Position numbers and translations under genes: made by a program | Origin: Lysobacterales bacterium | GTDB taxonomy: Bacteria; Pseudomonadota; Gammaproteobacteria; Xanthomonadales; SZUA-5 | DNA: 64,000 bases | Direction: 5' to 3' | NCBI GenBank assembly: GCA_022844165.1 | Contig: JALHMH010000025.1 | Coordinates: forward strand, 1 to 64,000 | Shown here: in pieces, positions 55,813 to 64,000 of the stretch | Numbering within the stretch: position 1 is the first letter of the stretch | Layout: each line of letters opens with the position of its first letter | The notes under the pieces: model-generated | Seen by the model: the letters and a program-made list of their open reading frames with translations, nothing else | Told to the model about the DNA's origin: nothing | Databases searched by the model: none

Positions 55813-57107
55813 TCGGCCAATCGCCGCCCGCGTTCCACATCGACACCACGCACGACGATCAGGCCAAACACGAAAAACACACCGGTAAACAGCATCGCCG
55901 CACGATGGTTGCCGGAGAACACCCACGTCACCAGACCATAACTGACCGGCCCGATGACCGTGGCCAGACGCACCGCAAGGCTCCACAGGCCAAAACACTC
56001 CGCAACCCGCGCGCGCGGCGCGAGAAAGCCCACCAACGCGCGCCCGGCGGACTGCGAAGCGCCCATCGCCAACCCGGCGAGATTGGCGGCCACCCAGAAC
56101 ATCGCCCGATCGGTGGCAAAAAACGCCAGCAGCACCATGCCCAGCCAAAGCCACAGCGACAACATCAGCGCACGCCGATGGCCGATTCGATCCTGTACCC
56201 AGCCAAACGACAATGCGCCCAGCGCTGCGGTCACGTTCACAGCGAAGATCAGTTGCAAGGTATCGGCGGTATCGAAACCCATCGCCTGTTGCGCATACAC
56301 GGCGGCCAAGGCCACCACCACGGCGACGCCAGCCTGGTAACCGACGATGGCGATCAACAGACGCCGCAGATCCGGCCACGCACTGCTGTCGATCAGCGTT
56401 TGCCGCAATCGCCCAAACGCCAGTTGCAGCAGATGGCCGTCGCTGGCTTGTGGCGCCGCGTGCTCTTTGAGCAGGACAAAACTCGGTAGCGCTGCGAGCA
56501 GAAAAAACGCCGCAGTAATGGCCATGCACACCGGCACGAAGTGATTCGCGCCAAGGTCGCGCGCTTGTGCGCTTTGCACATAAGCGATGCACAAACCCAA
56601 AGCCAGCAAGCCGCCGCCATACCCGAGCGACCAACCAAAGCCGCTCAATCTGCCCAGCGCCTGCGGTCTGCCGAGCAGCGGCAGCCATGCGGCAATCAGC
56701 CCCTCACCCAAACCAAAGCCAATCGCCGACACCACGACCAGAATCATCGCCAGCGTGACATCGCCAGTGCCGACAAAGCACAAACCCGCGGTGCCGAACA
56801 CGCAGGCCAACGTGCTGGCGTAGAGAAACGGCCGCTTGCGACCGCGCACATCCGCAGCGGCGCCGGCGAGCGGGCCGAGCACCATGACAACCGCAGCGGC
56901 AAAGGAGATCGCCAGCGTCCAGGCGAAAGTGGCCCATGGTGCGTTACCCGCCACCGTTGCCACGAAGTACGCGTTGAATACCGCCGTCGACACCACGGTG
57001 GTATAGCTGGAGTTAGCGAAGTCGTAAAACGCCCAACTCCAGAACTCACGGCGTTGGACATCGGGTTGCAGAAGTGCACGCAGCCCATGTGGGTTGGCGT
57101 CTGGCAT
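55809..57107 (-). CDS. MFS transporter (UMF1/Atg22-like)
   Basis: WAFYDFANSSYTTV, GRLSGFGWSLGYGGG, QSAGRAL; ~12 TMs. Confidence 0.9.
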   Translation of the reverse strand: MPDANPHGLRALLQPDVQRREFWSWAFYDFANSSYTTVVSTAVFNAYFVATVAGNAPWATFAWTLAISFAAAVVMVLGPLAGAAADVRGRKRPFLYASTLACVFGTAGLCFVGTGDVTLAMILVVVSAIGFGLGEGLIAAWLPLLGRPQALGRLSGFGWSLGYGGGLLALGLCIAYVQSAQARDLGANHFVPVCMAITAAFFLLAALPSFVLLKEHAAPQASDGHLLQLAFGRLRQTLIDSSAWPDLRRLLIAIVGYQAGVAVVVALAAVYAQQAMGFDTADTLQLIFAVNVTAALGALSFGWVQDRIGHRRALMLSLWLWLGMVLLAFFATDRAMFWVAANLAGLAMGASQSAGRALVGFLAPRARVAECFGLWSLAVRLATVIGPVSYGLVTWVFSGNHRAAMLFTGVFFVFGLIVVRGVDVERGRRLAE

Positions 57108-57181
57108 CGCGCTAAGGTCCGACAAGAGGACCGCAGCATAGGACGAACTCGATGACGATAGGCGTCTACACCGAAGTCTCG

Positions 57182-57943
57182 TCAATCTTGCAAATGCCGC
57201 CGAAACACGCGATCCAGCGTGTCGTTGTCGATTCTGGCAGCTGAACCGATTGCGCCAGACGCTGCGCTGGCGGCGGCCAACTCGACGGCAAGCCATTGCC
57301 GTACCGGCGTTGCGACCCACTGCGACTCATCTTCGCGGGCGATCGTCTTGGCGGCAAGCAGGTCCTGGATCATGGCGCGTTCGGAGCTGTCGACCCATGG
57401 TGCGGCGTAAAGCGACGCAAATTCGGTCTGCGGTGGCGTGTGGGCATTGGCGATCCAGCGGCATGCCAGCAAAGGGCGCAGCGCGTAGAACACTTTTTTC
57501 AAGCGCACCGCGTCGCCTTGCAGGTGTTCTGCGATCACCCCGCGTGCCATCGACAGATAATGGTGATAAGCCGCAGGTGCGACAAAGGCGCGTGGCAATA
57601 GCGCGCGCAACTCGTCGGCCAAACTCTCGCGATCAGCGTAGACGATGGGCGATCCGAGCCACTCGTTGAGCGCTGCGTTGCCGCGCTGAAACAGCCGCAA
57701 CGTCTTGCGCAACTCCCAGCCGGACAAATCCAGGTCGCCCGGCAACATCGCTTCGATCACATCGCGCGGCTCGCCAATGGTCAGATACCAGTCGCGTCGT
57801 TGGACGTAGATAAAGCGCACATCGTAGTCCGAATCAGGCGAAGCGAAACCCCAGGCGCGCGAGCCGGATTCGGCAGCGTATAGGACGCGCACGTCGTGTT
57901 TTGCCTCTATCGTCGCGATTGCCTCGGCTATGGCCTGGCTCAT
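57182..57943 (-). CDS. Pol-beta superfamily nucleotidyltransferase (YcgL/RlaP-like, short type)
   Basis: ESGSRAWGFASPDSDYDVRF, GWELRKTL, EWLGSPIVY; ATGA overlap with upstream gene. Confidence 0.9.
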   Translation of the reverse strand: MSQAIAEAIATIEAKHDVRVLYAAESGSRAWGFASPDSDYDVRFIYVQRRDWYLTIGEPRDVIEAMLPGDLDLSGWELRKTLRLFQRGNAALNEWLGSPIVYADRESLADELRALLPRAFVAPAAYHHYLSMARGVIAEHLQGDAVRLKKVFYALRPLLACRWIANAHTPPQTEFASLYAAPWVDSSERAMIQDLLAAKTIAREDESQWVATPVRQWLAVELAAASAASGAIGSAARIDNDTLDRVFRRHLQD

Positions 57944-59049
57944 CGACATGCGGCTTGCCATTGCAACGTCAATTCGCGCAGCAACTTGTCCACGGCGGAT
58001 CGATCGGCGACCTCCGGCAGCGGCGCGTGGTCGCGCAGCGCCGCGCAGCGCGCGCGGATATCGTCGGCGATGGCCATCACTTCGCCGTAGCTGAAGGCTC
58101 CCGCGCGGATGCGCAGCAACAGTGCCAACGGCTCTCCCTCGAATCGCACGATCGGCGCGCCGTGCGCCAGGATGGCTTCGCCAGACAACAGCAGTCGCAC
58201 CGTGTGCATCAAATTCTTTGCATCGTAGTCGAGCGTTCCGGATTCTTGCGCCAACCAGCGCGACGCATTACGCTCGCGGCGCCACCTCCAGTAGTTCTGG
58301 TGGTCCTCCACGGCTTGTCGCCACGCATGCTCGTTGTACAGCAACAGCCCGGCGAACCTTGTCTCTTCGTCATCGACAGGTATCGACTCCAGCGCCAGTT
58401 GATCGCCGCGAAACACGCCTCGAGCGCCCTCTCCATAACGATACAGCCGATACACGCCGCTCGCATGTTCCAGTCGTGCCGCGTGGCATTGCCCAAGCGA
58501 CGTGTCCCAGTGCGCGAGTTCGATCGGTCGGCACGGCACGCCGCCCGACGTCAGTGCCGGGCGCGGAATCACATAACAGTAGTCTTCCTTGCGCGGCGGT
58601 GCCTCGGGCCTTGGTTGGTTGACCCACTTGTTCTGACCCTTGGCTTTCTTGATCTGGCTGTACGCGTAGCCGATGTGCGTATCGGCACACTGTCGCGTGA
58701 TGAATAAGTCGCGCTGCGCACGAAGGGCAGACATCGCATCGCTATCAACGCGCACACAATCGGTCGGCATGTACAACAGTTCGAGGATGTTCGGATTGGC
58801 ATTGGCCAACAACTCCAGCGTGCGCCTGAGCGAATAAAAAACTTCATTGTGCCGCGCGTCGGCGATCAGGTCTTCGGGTGGCGCCAGCGCCAGGAACTCA
58901 GCTGGCGTCTGCGCGAACACGCCGCGCAAGTCGGTATCGCTGGCATCCGAATGCGTGCCATATGCACGCGAACCGGAAATACACTCGAACAGCAGGCGGC
59001 TCGAATCAGCTCGCAGCGCATCCAGAGTGGTGACAGCGTTCGAATTCAA
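57940..59049 (-). CDS. Pol-beta superfamily nucleotidyltransferase (RlaP-like, long type)
   Basis: SGSRAYG..SDTDLRGVF, NPNILELL, YDAKNLMHTVRLL; TTG start. Confidence 0.88.
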   Translation of the reverse strand: MNSNAVTTLDALRADSSRLLFECISGSRAYGTHSDASDTDLRGVFAQTPAEFLALAPPEDLIADARHNEVFYSLRRTLELLANANPNILELLYMPTDCVRVDSDAMSALRAQRDLFITRQCADTHIGYAYSQIKKAKGQNKWVNQPRPEAPPRKEDYCYVIPRPALTSGGVPCRPIELAHWDTSLGQCHAARLEHASGVYRLYRYGEGARGVFRGDQLALESIPVDDEETRFAGLLLYNEHAWRQAVEDHQNYWRWRRERNASRWLAQESGTLDYDAKNLMHTVRLLLSGEAILAHGAPIVRFEGEPLALLLRIRAGAFSYGEVMAIADDIRARCAALRDHAPLPEVADRSAVDKLLRELTLQWQAACR

Positions 59050-59141
59050 TCTGGAAACCTCAGCTCAGTGACGGCCCGCTGCGGCGAGCGCCGGTGGCAC
59101 GGTAGGATGTTCTGCGGCCCGGCGTGGACGAGCGGCTCGGC

Positions 59142-59408
59142 CTACGATGGTCTGACGTGGCGTTTCGCCAACCAGGCAGCGACATAACTGCAACTTGCGA
59201 TGACTTGCCAGCCGTGGGCGTGGGCATAGGCCACGCCGGTCTCGACCAACTGTGCGGCGAGGCCACGCCCGCGTAGCGCGGAGGGCGTGTAGGTATGCGA
59301 GAAGTCGATGACGTCATCGGACAGCATGCGATAGTCCAGATGTGCGATCTCGCCGTCCGCCGCCACTTCGAATCGCTGACGAGCAGCGTCATGCAACACC
59401 GCACTCAT
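59142..59408 (-). CDS. Small GNAT acetyltransferase (YjdJ-like)
   Basis: HTYTPSALRGRGLAAQL, ASCSYVAAW. Confidence 0.9.
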   Translation of the reverse strand: MSAVLHDAARQRFEVAADGEIAHLDYRMLSDDVIDFSHTYTPSALRGRGLAAQLVETGVAYAHAHGWQVIASCSYVAAWLAKRHVRPS

Positions 59409-60271
59409 TGAATGCGCCCCAAAATTCCATCGAGCTCATCCAAGCTGTGGTAGCGGATCACCAGCTTGCCACGCCCACCGCGGCCATGCTGGATAGCCAC
59501 CGGGGCTGACAGGCGCTCGGACAGATCGCGCTCCAGCTGCGCGACGTTGGCATCGCTGCGCGGCGCAGGTTTGTGGACCGGCCCGGCCTGCGCGCGCCGC
59601 GCGAGCGCTTCCAGCTCACGCACACTCAAGTTCTGTTCGGCGACTTGTCTGGCCAATTGTATTTGCAGCGCATGCGGCAAAGTCAGCAGTGCGCGCGCAT
59701 GGCCCATATCGAGCTTGCGCTGATCGACGAGCACCCGCACGTCGGGCGCCAGTTCCAGCAGGCGGAGCAAATTGCTGACCGCCGCGCGCGAACGCCCGAC
59801 CGCATCGGCTGCGGCCTGATGGGTCAAATCGAATTCATCGATCAGGCGTTTCAGCGCCTGCGCTTCTTCCAGCGGATTCAGGTCTTCGCGCTGAATGTTT
59901 TCGATTAAGGCAATCGCGATCGCCGATTGATCCGGAATGTCGCGAATCACCACCGGCACATCGCGCAATCCGGCCTGTTGCGCGGCGCGCCAGCGCCTTT
60001 CACCAGCGACGATTTCATAGCGTTCGGCGCCGAGGCGACGCACCACAATCGGCTGCACAATGCCATGAGCCCGAATCGACGCCGCCAATTCGGCCAGCCG
60101 TTCCGGATCCATGCCGGTGCGTGGCTGATAGCGGCCAGGCTGCAGTTGTTCGATGGGCAATGCGTTCATCGGCGCCGATACCGCAGCATCGATGTTGGTT
60201 TCGCTACTGGCGCCGGTAAAGCCGAGCAGGGCATCGAGGCCGCGGCCCAATCCGCGTTTTTTGGCGGTCAT
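59405..60271 (-). CDS. parB: Chromosome partitioning protein ParB
   Basis: RGLGRGLDALL, YQPR, VAGERRWRA, ENIQREDLNPLEE, HTH GRSRAAVSNLLRLL. Confidence 0.96.
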   Translation of the reverse strand: MTAKKRGLGRGLDALLGFTGASSETNIDAAVSAPMNALPIEQLQPGRYQPRTGMDPERLAELAASIRAHGIVQPIVVRRLGAERYEIVAGERRWRAAQQAGLRDVPVVIRDIPDQSAIAIALIENIQREDLNPLEEAQALKRLIDEFDLTHQAAADAVGRSRAAVSNLLRLLELAPDVRVLVDQRKLDMGHARALLTLPHALQIQLARQVAEQNLSVRELEALARRAQAGPVHKPAPRSDANVAQLERDLSERLSAPVAIQHGRGGRGKLVIRYHSLDELDGILGRIQ

Positions 60272-60281
60272 TGGCAGATCC

Positions 60282-61073
60282 TCATAGCGTCTTCGCGGCG
60301 CGCGCCGCTAACTCACGCTCGTGGCGAATGATCTCGCCGGCGAGCCCCAGATAGGCCACCGAACCACGCGACTCGCGATCGTACTGCGTAATCGCCTGGC
60401 CGTGGCTTGGCGCTTCGGCAAGGCGCACGTTGCGTGGAACGACAGTACGGAACACCTTGTCGCCAAAATGCTTGAGCAGCTGTCCGGAGACTTCATTGCC
60501 CAGGTTATTACGCACATCGAACATGGTGCGCAACAGACCTTCGATCTGCAGATTCGGGTTGACGCTCGCCTTCACCGCTTTAATGGTATCGAGCAGCGCC
60601 GTCAGGCCATCGAGCGCATAAAACTCGCATTGGATCGGAATCAACACGCTGTGCGCTGCGGTCAACGCGTTCAACGTGAGCACGCCCAGCGAGGGTGGGC
60701 AATCGATCAAGACGTAGTGGTAACGCCCGAGTATCGGCTCCAACAGCTGTTTGAGACGAAGTTCGCGGCCCACCTGCGGCATCAGCCGCACTTCCGCCGC
60801 GGTCAGATCCCCGTTGCCAGGCAACAAATCGTAGCCACCATCAACCTTGCGGATCGCGGCGTCGATATTGGCTTCAAGCAGCAACACTTCGCAGCCAGAC
60901 GGTTTGGCCTCGCGCTTGGGTACGCCCGAGCCCATCGTCGCGTGGCCCTGTGGATCGAAATCGATGAGCAGCACCTTGCGTCGCGCCTCGGCCAGTGCCG
61001 CCGCGAGATTCACGCAGGTCGTGGTTTTACCCACCCCGCCCTTCTGATTGGTAACGGCAATGACTTTGGCCAT
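60282..61073 (-). CDS. parA: Chromosome partitioning ATPase ParA/Soj
   Basis: [34 protein letters not shown]. Confidence 0.96.
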   Translation of the reverse strand: MAKVIAVTNQKGGVGKTTTCVNLAAALAEARRKVLLIDFDPQGHATMGSGVPKREAKPSGCEVLLLEANIDAAIRKVDGGYDLLPGNGDLTAAEVRLMPQVGRELRLKQLLEPILGRYHYVLIDCPPSLGVLTLNALTAAHSVLIPIQCEFYALDGLTALLDTIKAVKASVNPNLQIEGLLRTMFDVRNNLGNEVSGQLLKHFGDKVFRTVVPRNVRLAEAPSHGQAITQYDRESRGSVAYLGLAGEIIRHERELAARAAKTL

Positions 61074-61169
61074 AGCGCGATGCTAACAAGGATCGGGCCG
61101 GGCAATCGCTCTTAGGTTACCGCGCCGGCCGCAATCGGCTGACGAGGCCAGCCCGCAGACGGCATCGGG

Positions 61170-61958
61170 CTAGAAAAACAGCCGCTCCAACTCTGCCCCG
61201 GGGTCTGGTGCGCGCATAAAGGCCTCACCGACCAAAAAGGCGTGCACGCCGGCGGCGCGCAAACGCGCGACGTCATCGCGGGTGGCAATGCCACTTTCCG
61301 TGACCAGAAGTCGGTTCGCCGGCACGCGGGCTTGCAGTTGCAGCGTGGTGTCCAACGACGTGACGAAGGTGCTCAGGCTGCGGTTGTTGATGCCGATCAG
61401 GCTCGCACGCGTTGCCAGCGCTCGCTCGAGCTCTGGCTCGTCGTGTACTTCGAGCAGCACATCCAGACCAATCTCGAACGCCAGTTCGGTGAACTCGCCC
61501 AATCGCCCGTCGGGTAAGGCGGCGGCGATCAATAAAACGCAATCGGCGCCGAGATCCCGCGCTTCATAGATCTGGTAGGCATCGATGGTAAAGTCCTTGC
61601 GCAGCAGCGGCAACACGCATGCTCCGCGGACTTGTTTCAGATACCGATCATGTCCCTGAAAGAACTGCTCATCGGTCAACACCGACAAACACGCGGCGCC
61701 GGCCGCCGCGTAACTCTTGGCGATTTGCGGCGGATGAAAGTCGCTGCGAATCACGCCCTTGCTCGGGCTGGCTTTCTTGATCTCGGCGATGACCCCAGGG
61801 TGCCCGGCGCGAATCCGAGCGCGTAACGTCGCCTCGAATCCGCGGACGGTCGGCGAGTCGTTACTGCGCGCTTTGATCTCGCCCAAGGGTCGCGCCGCAC
61901 GACGGGTGGCAACCTCATCGGCCTTGTGGCTGAGTATTTGTTGCAGGATATCGCTCAT
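61170..61958 (-). CDS. trpC: Indole-3-glycerol phosphate synthase
   Basis: MSDIL, IAEIKKASPSKG, SVLTD, LRKDF, GINNR, ESGI, LVGE. Confidence 0.96.
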   Translation of the reverse strand: MSDILQQILSHKADEVATRRAARPLGEIKARSNDSPTVRGFEATLRARIRAGHPGVIAEIKKASPSKGVIRSDFHPPQIAKSYAAAGAACLSVLTDEQFFQGHDRYLKQVRGACVLPLLRKDFTIDAYQIYEARDLGADCVLLIAAALPDGRLGEFTELAFEIGLDVLLEVHDEPELERALATRASLIGINNRSLSTFVTSLDTTLQLQARVPANRLLVTESGIATRDDVARLRAAGVHAFLVGEAFMRAPDPGAELERLFF

Positions 61959-62971
61959 CAGAAACTCTGGGTCAAAGCCACATAGTCGTTCAAGCGTTGT
62001 AATGCAGCGCCGCTGCGGAGCACGCCCGACGCGCGGGCCACACCATCGGCGAGGCTGGACGCCACATCGGCCGCGTACAAAGCCGCACCGGCGTTGAGCG
62101 CCACAATGTCCGCCGCCGATCCGGCTTCGCCGCCAAGCACACGACGCACGACGCTCAGACTCTCGCCCGGTGATCCCACACGTAGTTCGGCCAAATCGGC
62201 ACGTTTGAAGCCAAAATCCTCGGGGGCGATGGAATACACGCGCACGCTGCCGTTCTGGAGTTCGGCGACCTGACTTGGCGCGGCGATCGATAACTCGTCC
62301 AGTCCATCGAGCGCATGAACGACTAACACGTGCCGGCTGCCGAGTTCGCCGAGTACGCGTGCCAGCGACTCGAGCCAGCGGCGATCGAAAACACCCAGCA
62401 CCTGATGCGGTGCGCAAGCCGGATTGGTCAGCGGCCCGAGTAAATTGAACAGGGTGCGCAGACCCAGCTCACGGCGCACGGGTGCAGCGTACTTCATGGC
62501 GCCATGGTGGGCTGGGGCGAACATGAATCCGAAGCCCAGACGTTCGACTGCGATGCGCACCTGCGCTGGCGTCAATTCGAGCTTCGCGCCGGCCGCTTCG
62601 AGTAAGTCCGCGCTGCCCGACGAACTCGATACCGAACGGTTGCCGTGTTTAGCGATACGCGCACCGCCCACTGCCGCCACCAGCGCCGCTGCTGTGGAAA
62701 CATTGAAGGTGCTGGCGTTGTCGCCGCCGGTACCGACGATGTCCGTCAGGTGTTCGTCAGGCAGTTCCACCGGCGTCATCAACGAGCGCATGACACGCGC
62801 TGCGGCCCCGATTTCGGCAGGTGTTTCGCCCTTCATACGCAATGCGACAAGAAACGCCGCCATCTGCGCAGCGCCGATTTCGCCGGTCATGATGGCGCGC
62901 ATCGCGCTTTCGGCCTCAGCCGAATCCAAATCATGTCCGGCGACGAGTTTATTCAAGGTCTGGGTGAGCAT
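61958..62971 (-). CDS. trpD: Anthranilate phosphoribosyltransferase
   Basis: VGTGGD..TFNVST, KHGNRSVSS, RTLFNLLGPLTNP, DGLDE. Confidence 0.96.
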   Translation of the reverse strand: MLTQTLNKLVAGHDLDSAEAESAMRAIMTGEIGAAQMAAFLVALRMKGETPAEIGAAARVMRSLMTPVELPDEHLTDIVGTGGDNASTFNVSTAAALVAAVGGARIAKHGNRSVSSSSGSADLLEAAGAKLELTPAQVRIAVERLGFGFMFAPAHHGAMKYAAPVRRELGLRTLFNLLGPLTNPACAPHQVLGVFDRRWLESLARVLGELGSRHVLVVHALDGLDELSIAAPSQVAELQNGSVRVYSIAPEDFGFKRADLAELRVGSPGESLSVVRRVLGGEAGSAADIVALNAGAALYAADVASSLADGVARASGVLRSGAALQRLNDYVALTQSF

Positions 62972-63178
62972 GGGCGGTTTGCAGTGAGGGTTGAGGCAGT
63001 CGTCGCGCGCTTTGAGCACGGTGGCGGGCTGCGGATTCGGGAAAAGCGGTTGGCGTTGACCGGTTGCAGAACGCAGCATACCGGTTCACAACGAGAGTAA
63101 AGCGGCGACCGCCCCGACTTGCACCCCCTTGCCGGCACTGACAGACTCGCGGGTTCGCTTGAGGAATCCGAAAAATCG

Positions 63179-64000
63179 ATGGCAATTACTTCTCTCTCGC
63201 TACCGGTACCGATCCGACAACGCCTGTCGGTCGCGCCGCGGGATTTCTATCGCCGCGATCGTGCCGTCGAGTTATTCGAAGACGGCGATGCTCTGGGTGG
63301 CGTAATCGAGTCGCTGCGCTATCTGCTGCCCGGCACGACGATCGAGAATCTGAACTCGCCCCTGTGTCTGGTGCAGGGCACAGCACGCGTTCACGTCGCG
63401 GTCACCGAGGATGTTTTGACCGTGCGCGCTCATCTGGCGGCGCTGGGCGAGATGCCCTCGACAGCGGCGCTGCGGTTTTTTCTGACGCGGATCTCAGGTA
63501 CCGGTCAGTTGTACCAGCCGCGGCTGCGTGGCGATCAATTGGTGCTCGAATTCAGCGACCGGTTATCCCTGGTTCATCCATTGAAACTGATCGAACTGAT
63601 GCAACGCATCGCCATGGAGGCCGACAACAACGATCAGTGGTTGATCGAAGCGTTCGGCGTGGCGATGCCAGATCGCGAGCCGCTCCTGGTGCTCGACGCT
63701 GACGAGTTCGATCGCGCCTACGCCATCTGGCAGACGCACTGGGAGGCCGTGGAATCGCTGATGGTCGAGTCGCGCCGCCGACGCCTGGTGCGATTCCTGG
63801 ATGCGCTCGGCGCCTTTGCCGTCAATCACATGCGTTACTTGCTGCCGATGTTCGGCAGCGTGCGGCAGCGGTTGAACGATGCCGCGGACGCTTTTACCGA
63901 TCGCGACGAAGACCCGAGCAAGCGCGATGCGGCGTTGTCGAAGTGCATCAAAGAGATGCGCGCGGTCGGTCGCGACGAACTGCGTGGCAATCTGGGCCAT
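63179..64000 (+). CDS. Hypothetical protein, partial (runs off the window; absent from the ORF track)
   Basis: ATG 63179, GAGG upstream; 274 open codons MAITSLSLPVP..DELRGNLGH by manual translation. Confidence 0.75.
   Translation, partial: MAITSLSLPVPIRQRLSVAPRDFYRRDRAVELFEDGDALGGVIESLRYLLPGTTIENLNSPLCLVQGTARVHVAVTEDVLTVRAHLAALGEMPSTAALRFFLTRISGTGQLYQPRLRGDQLVLEFSDRLSLVHPLKLIELMQRIAMEADNNDQWLIEAFGVAMPDREPLLVLDADEFDRAYAIWQTHWEAVESLMVESRRRRLVRFLDALGAFAVNHMRYLLPMFGSVRQRLNDAADAFTDRDEDPSKRDAALSKCIKEMRAVGRDELRGNLGH

Noticed and set aside
62972-63178. trp attenuator/leader peptide
   Set aside because: No short Trp-rich ORF or terminator hairpin upstream of trpD

Overview
GC-rich, gene-dense bacterial chromosomal segment. 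Gene content and order (pilU-DUF4398-ompA, TPR-tonB-exbB-exbD-exbD, argS-SPOR, ubiK-comM, IPTL-CTERM surface proteins) suggest a Lysobacterales/Xanthomonadales organism; this is an inference. About 55 CDSs are supported, mostly housekeeping or envelope genes (yajQ, arfB, cinA, queF, djlA, sixA, xth, argS, dsbC, parAB, trpDC). I found no rRNA, tRNA, CRISPR array, integrase or transposase. Highlights: (i) an accessory block at ~16.3-27.2 kb ending in a two-gene secreted module, a cationic protein with 20 N-G-x-x-hydrophobic pentapeptides followed by a stand-alone Cys-rich ADYC-domain protein (the best candidate for an undescribed system); the block also holds a small Cys-loop peptide gene and an ECF sigma/Ser-Thr kinase pair; (ii) three kinds of short non-coding repeats joined at CTAG/TAG sites that coincide with stop codons, stacked at 4729-5190 and dispersed elsewhere; (iii) secreted proteins with two types of C-terminal tags (IPTL-CTERM-like anchors and a short ..G-F/Y-E tail); (iv) a translationally coupled pair of Pol-beta/RlaP-like nucleotidyltransferases behind parAB; (v) a sigma54 promoter with phased upstream repeats in front of an ABC exporter. 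Start codons were re-picked by eye and family assignments come from motif recognition, not database searches.
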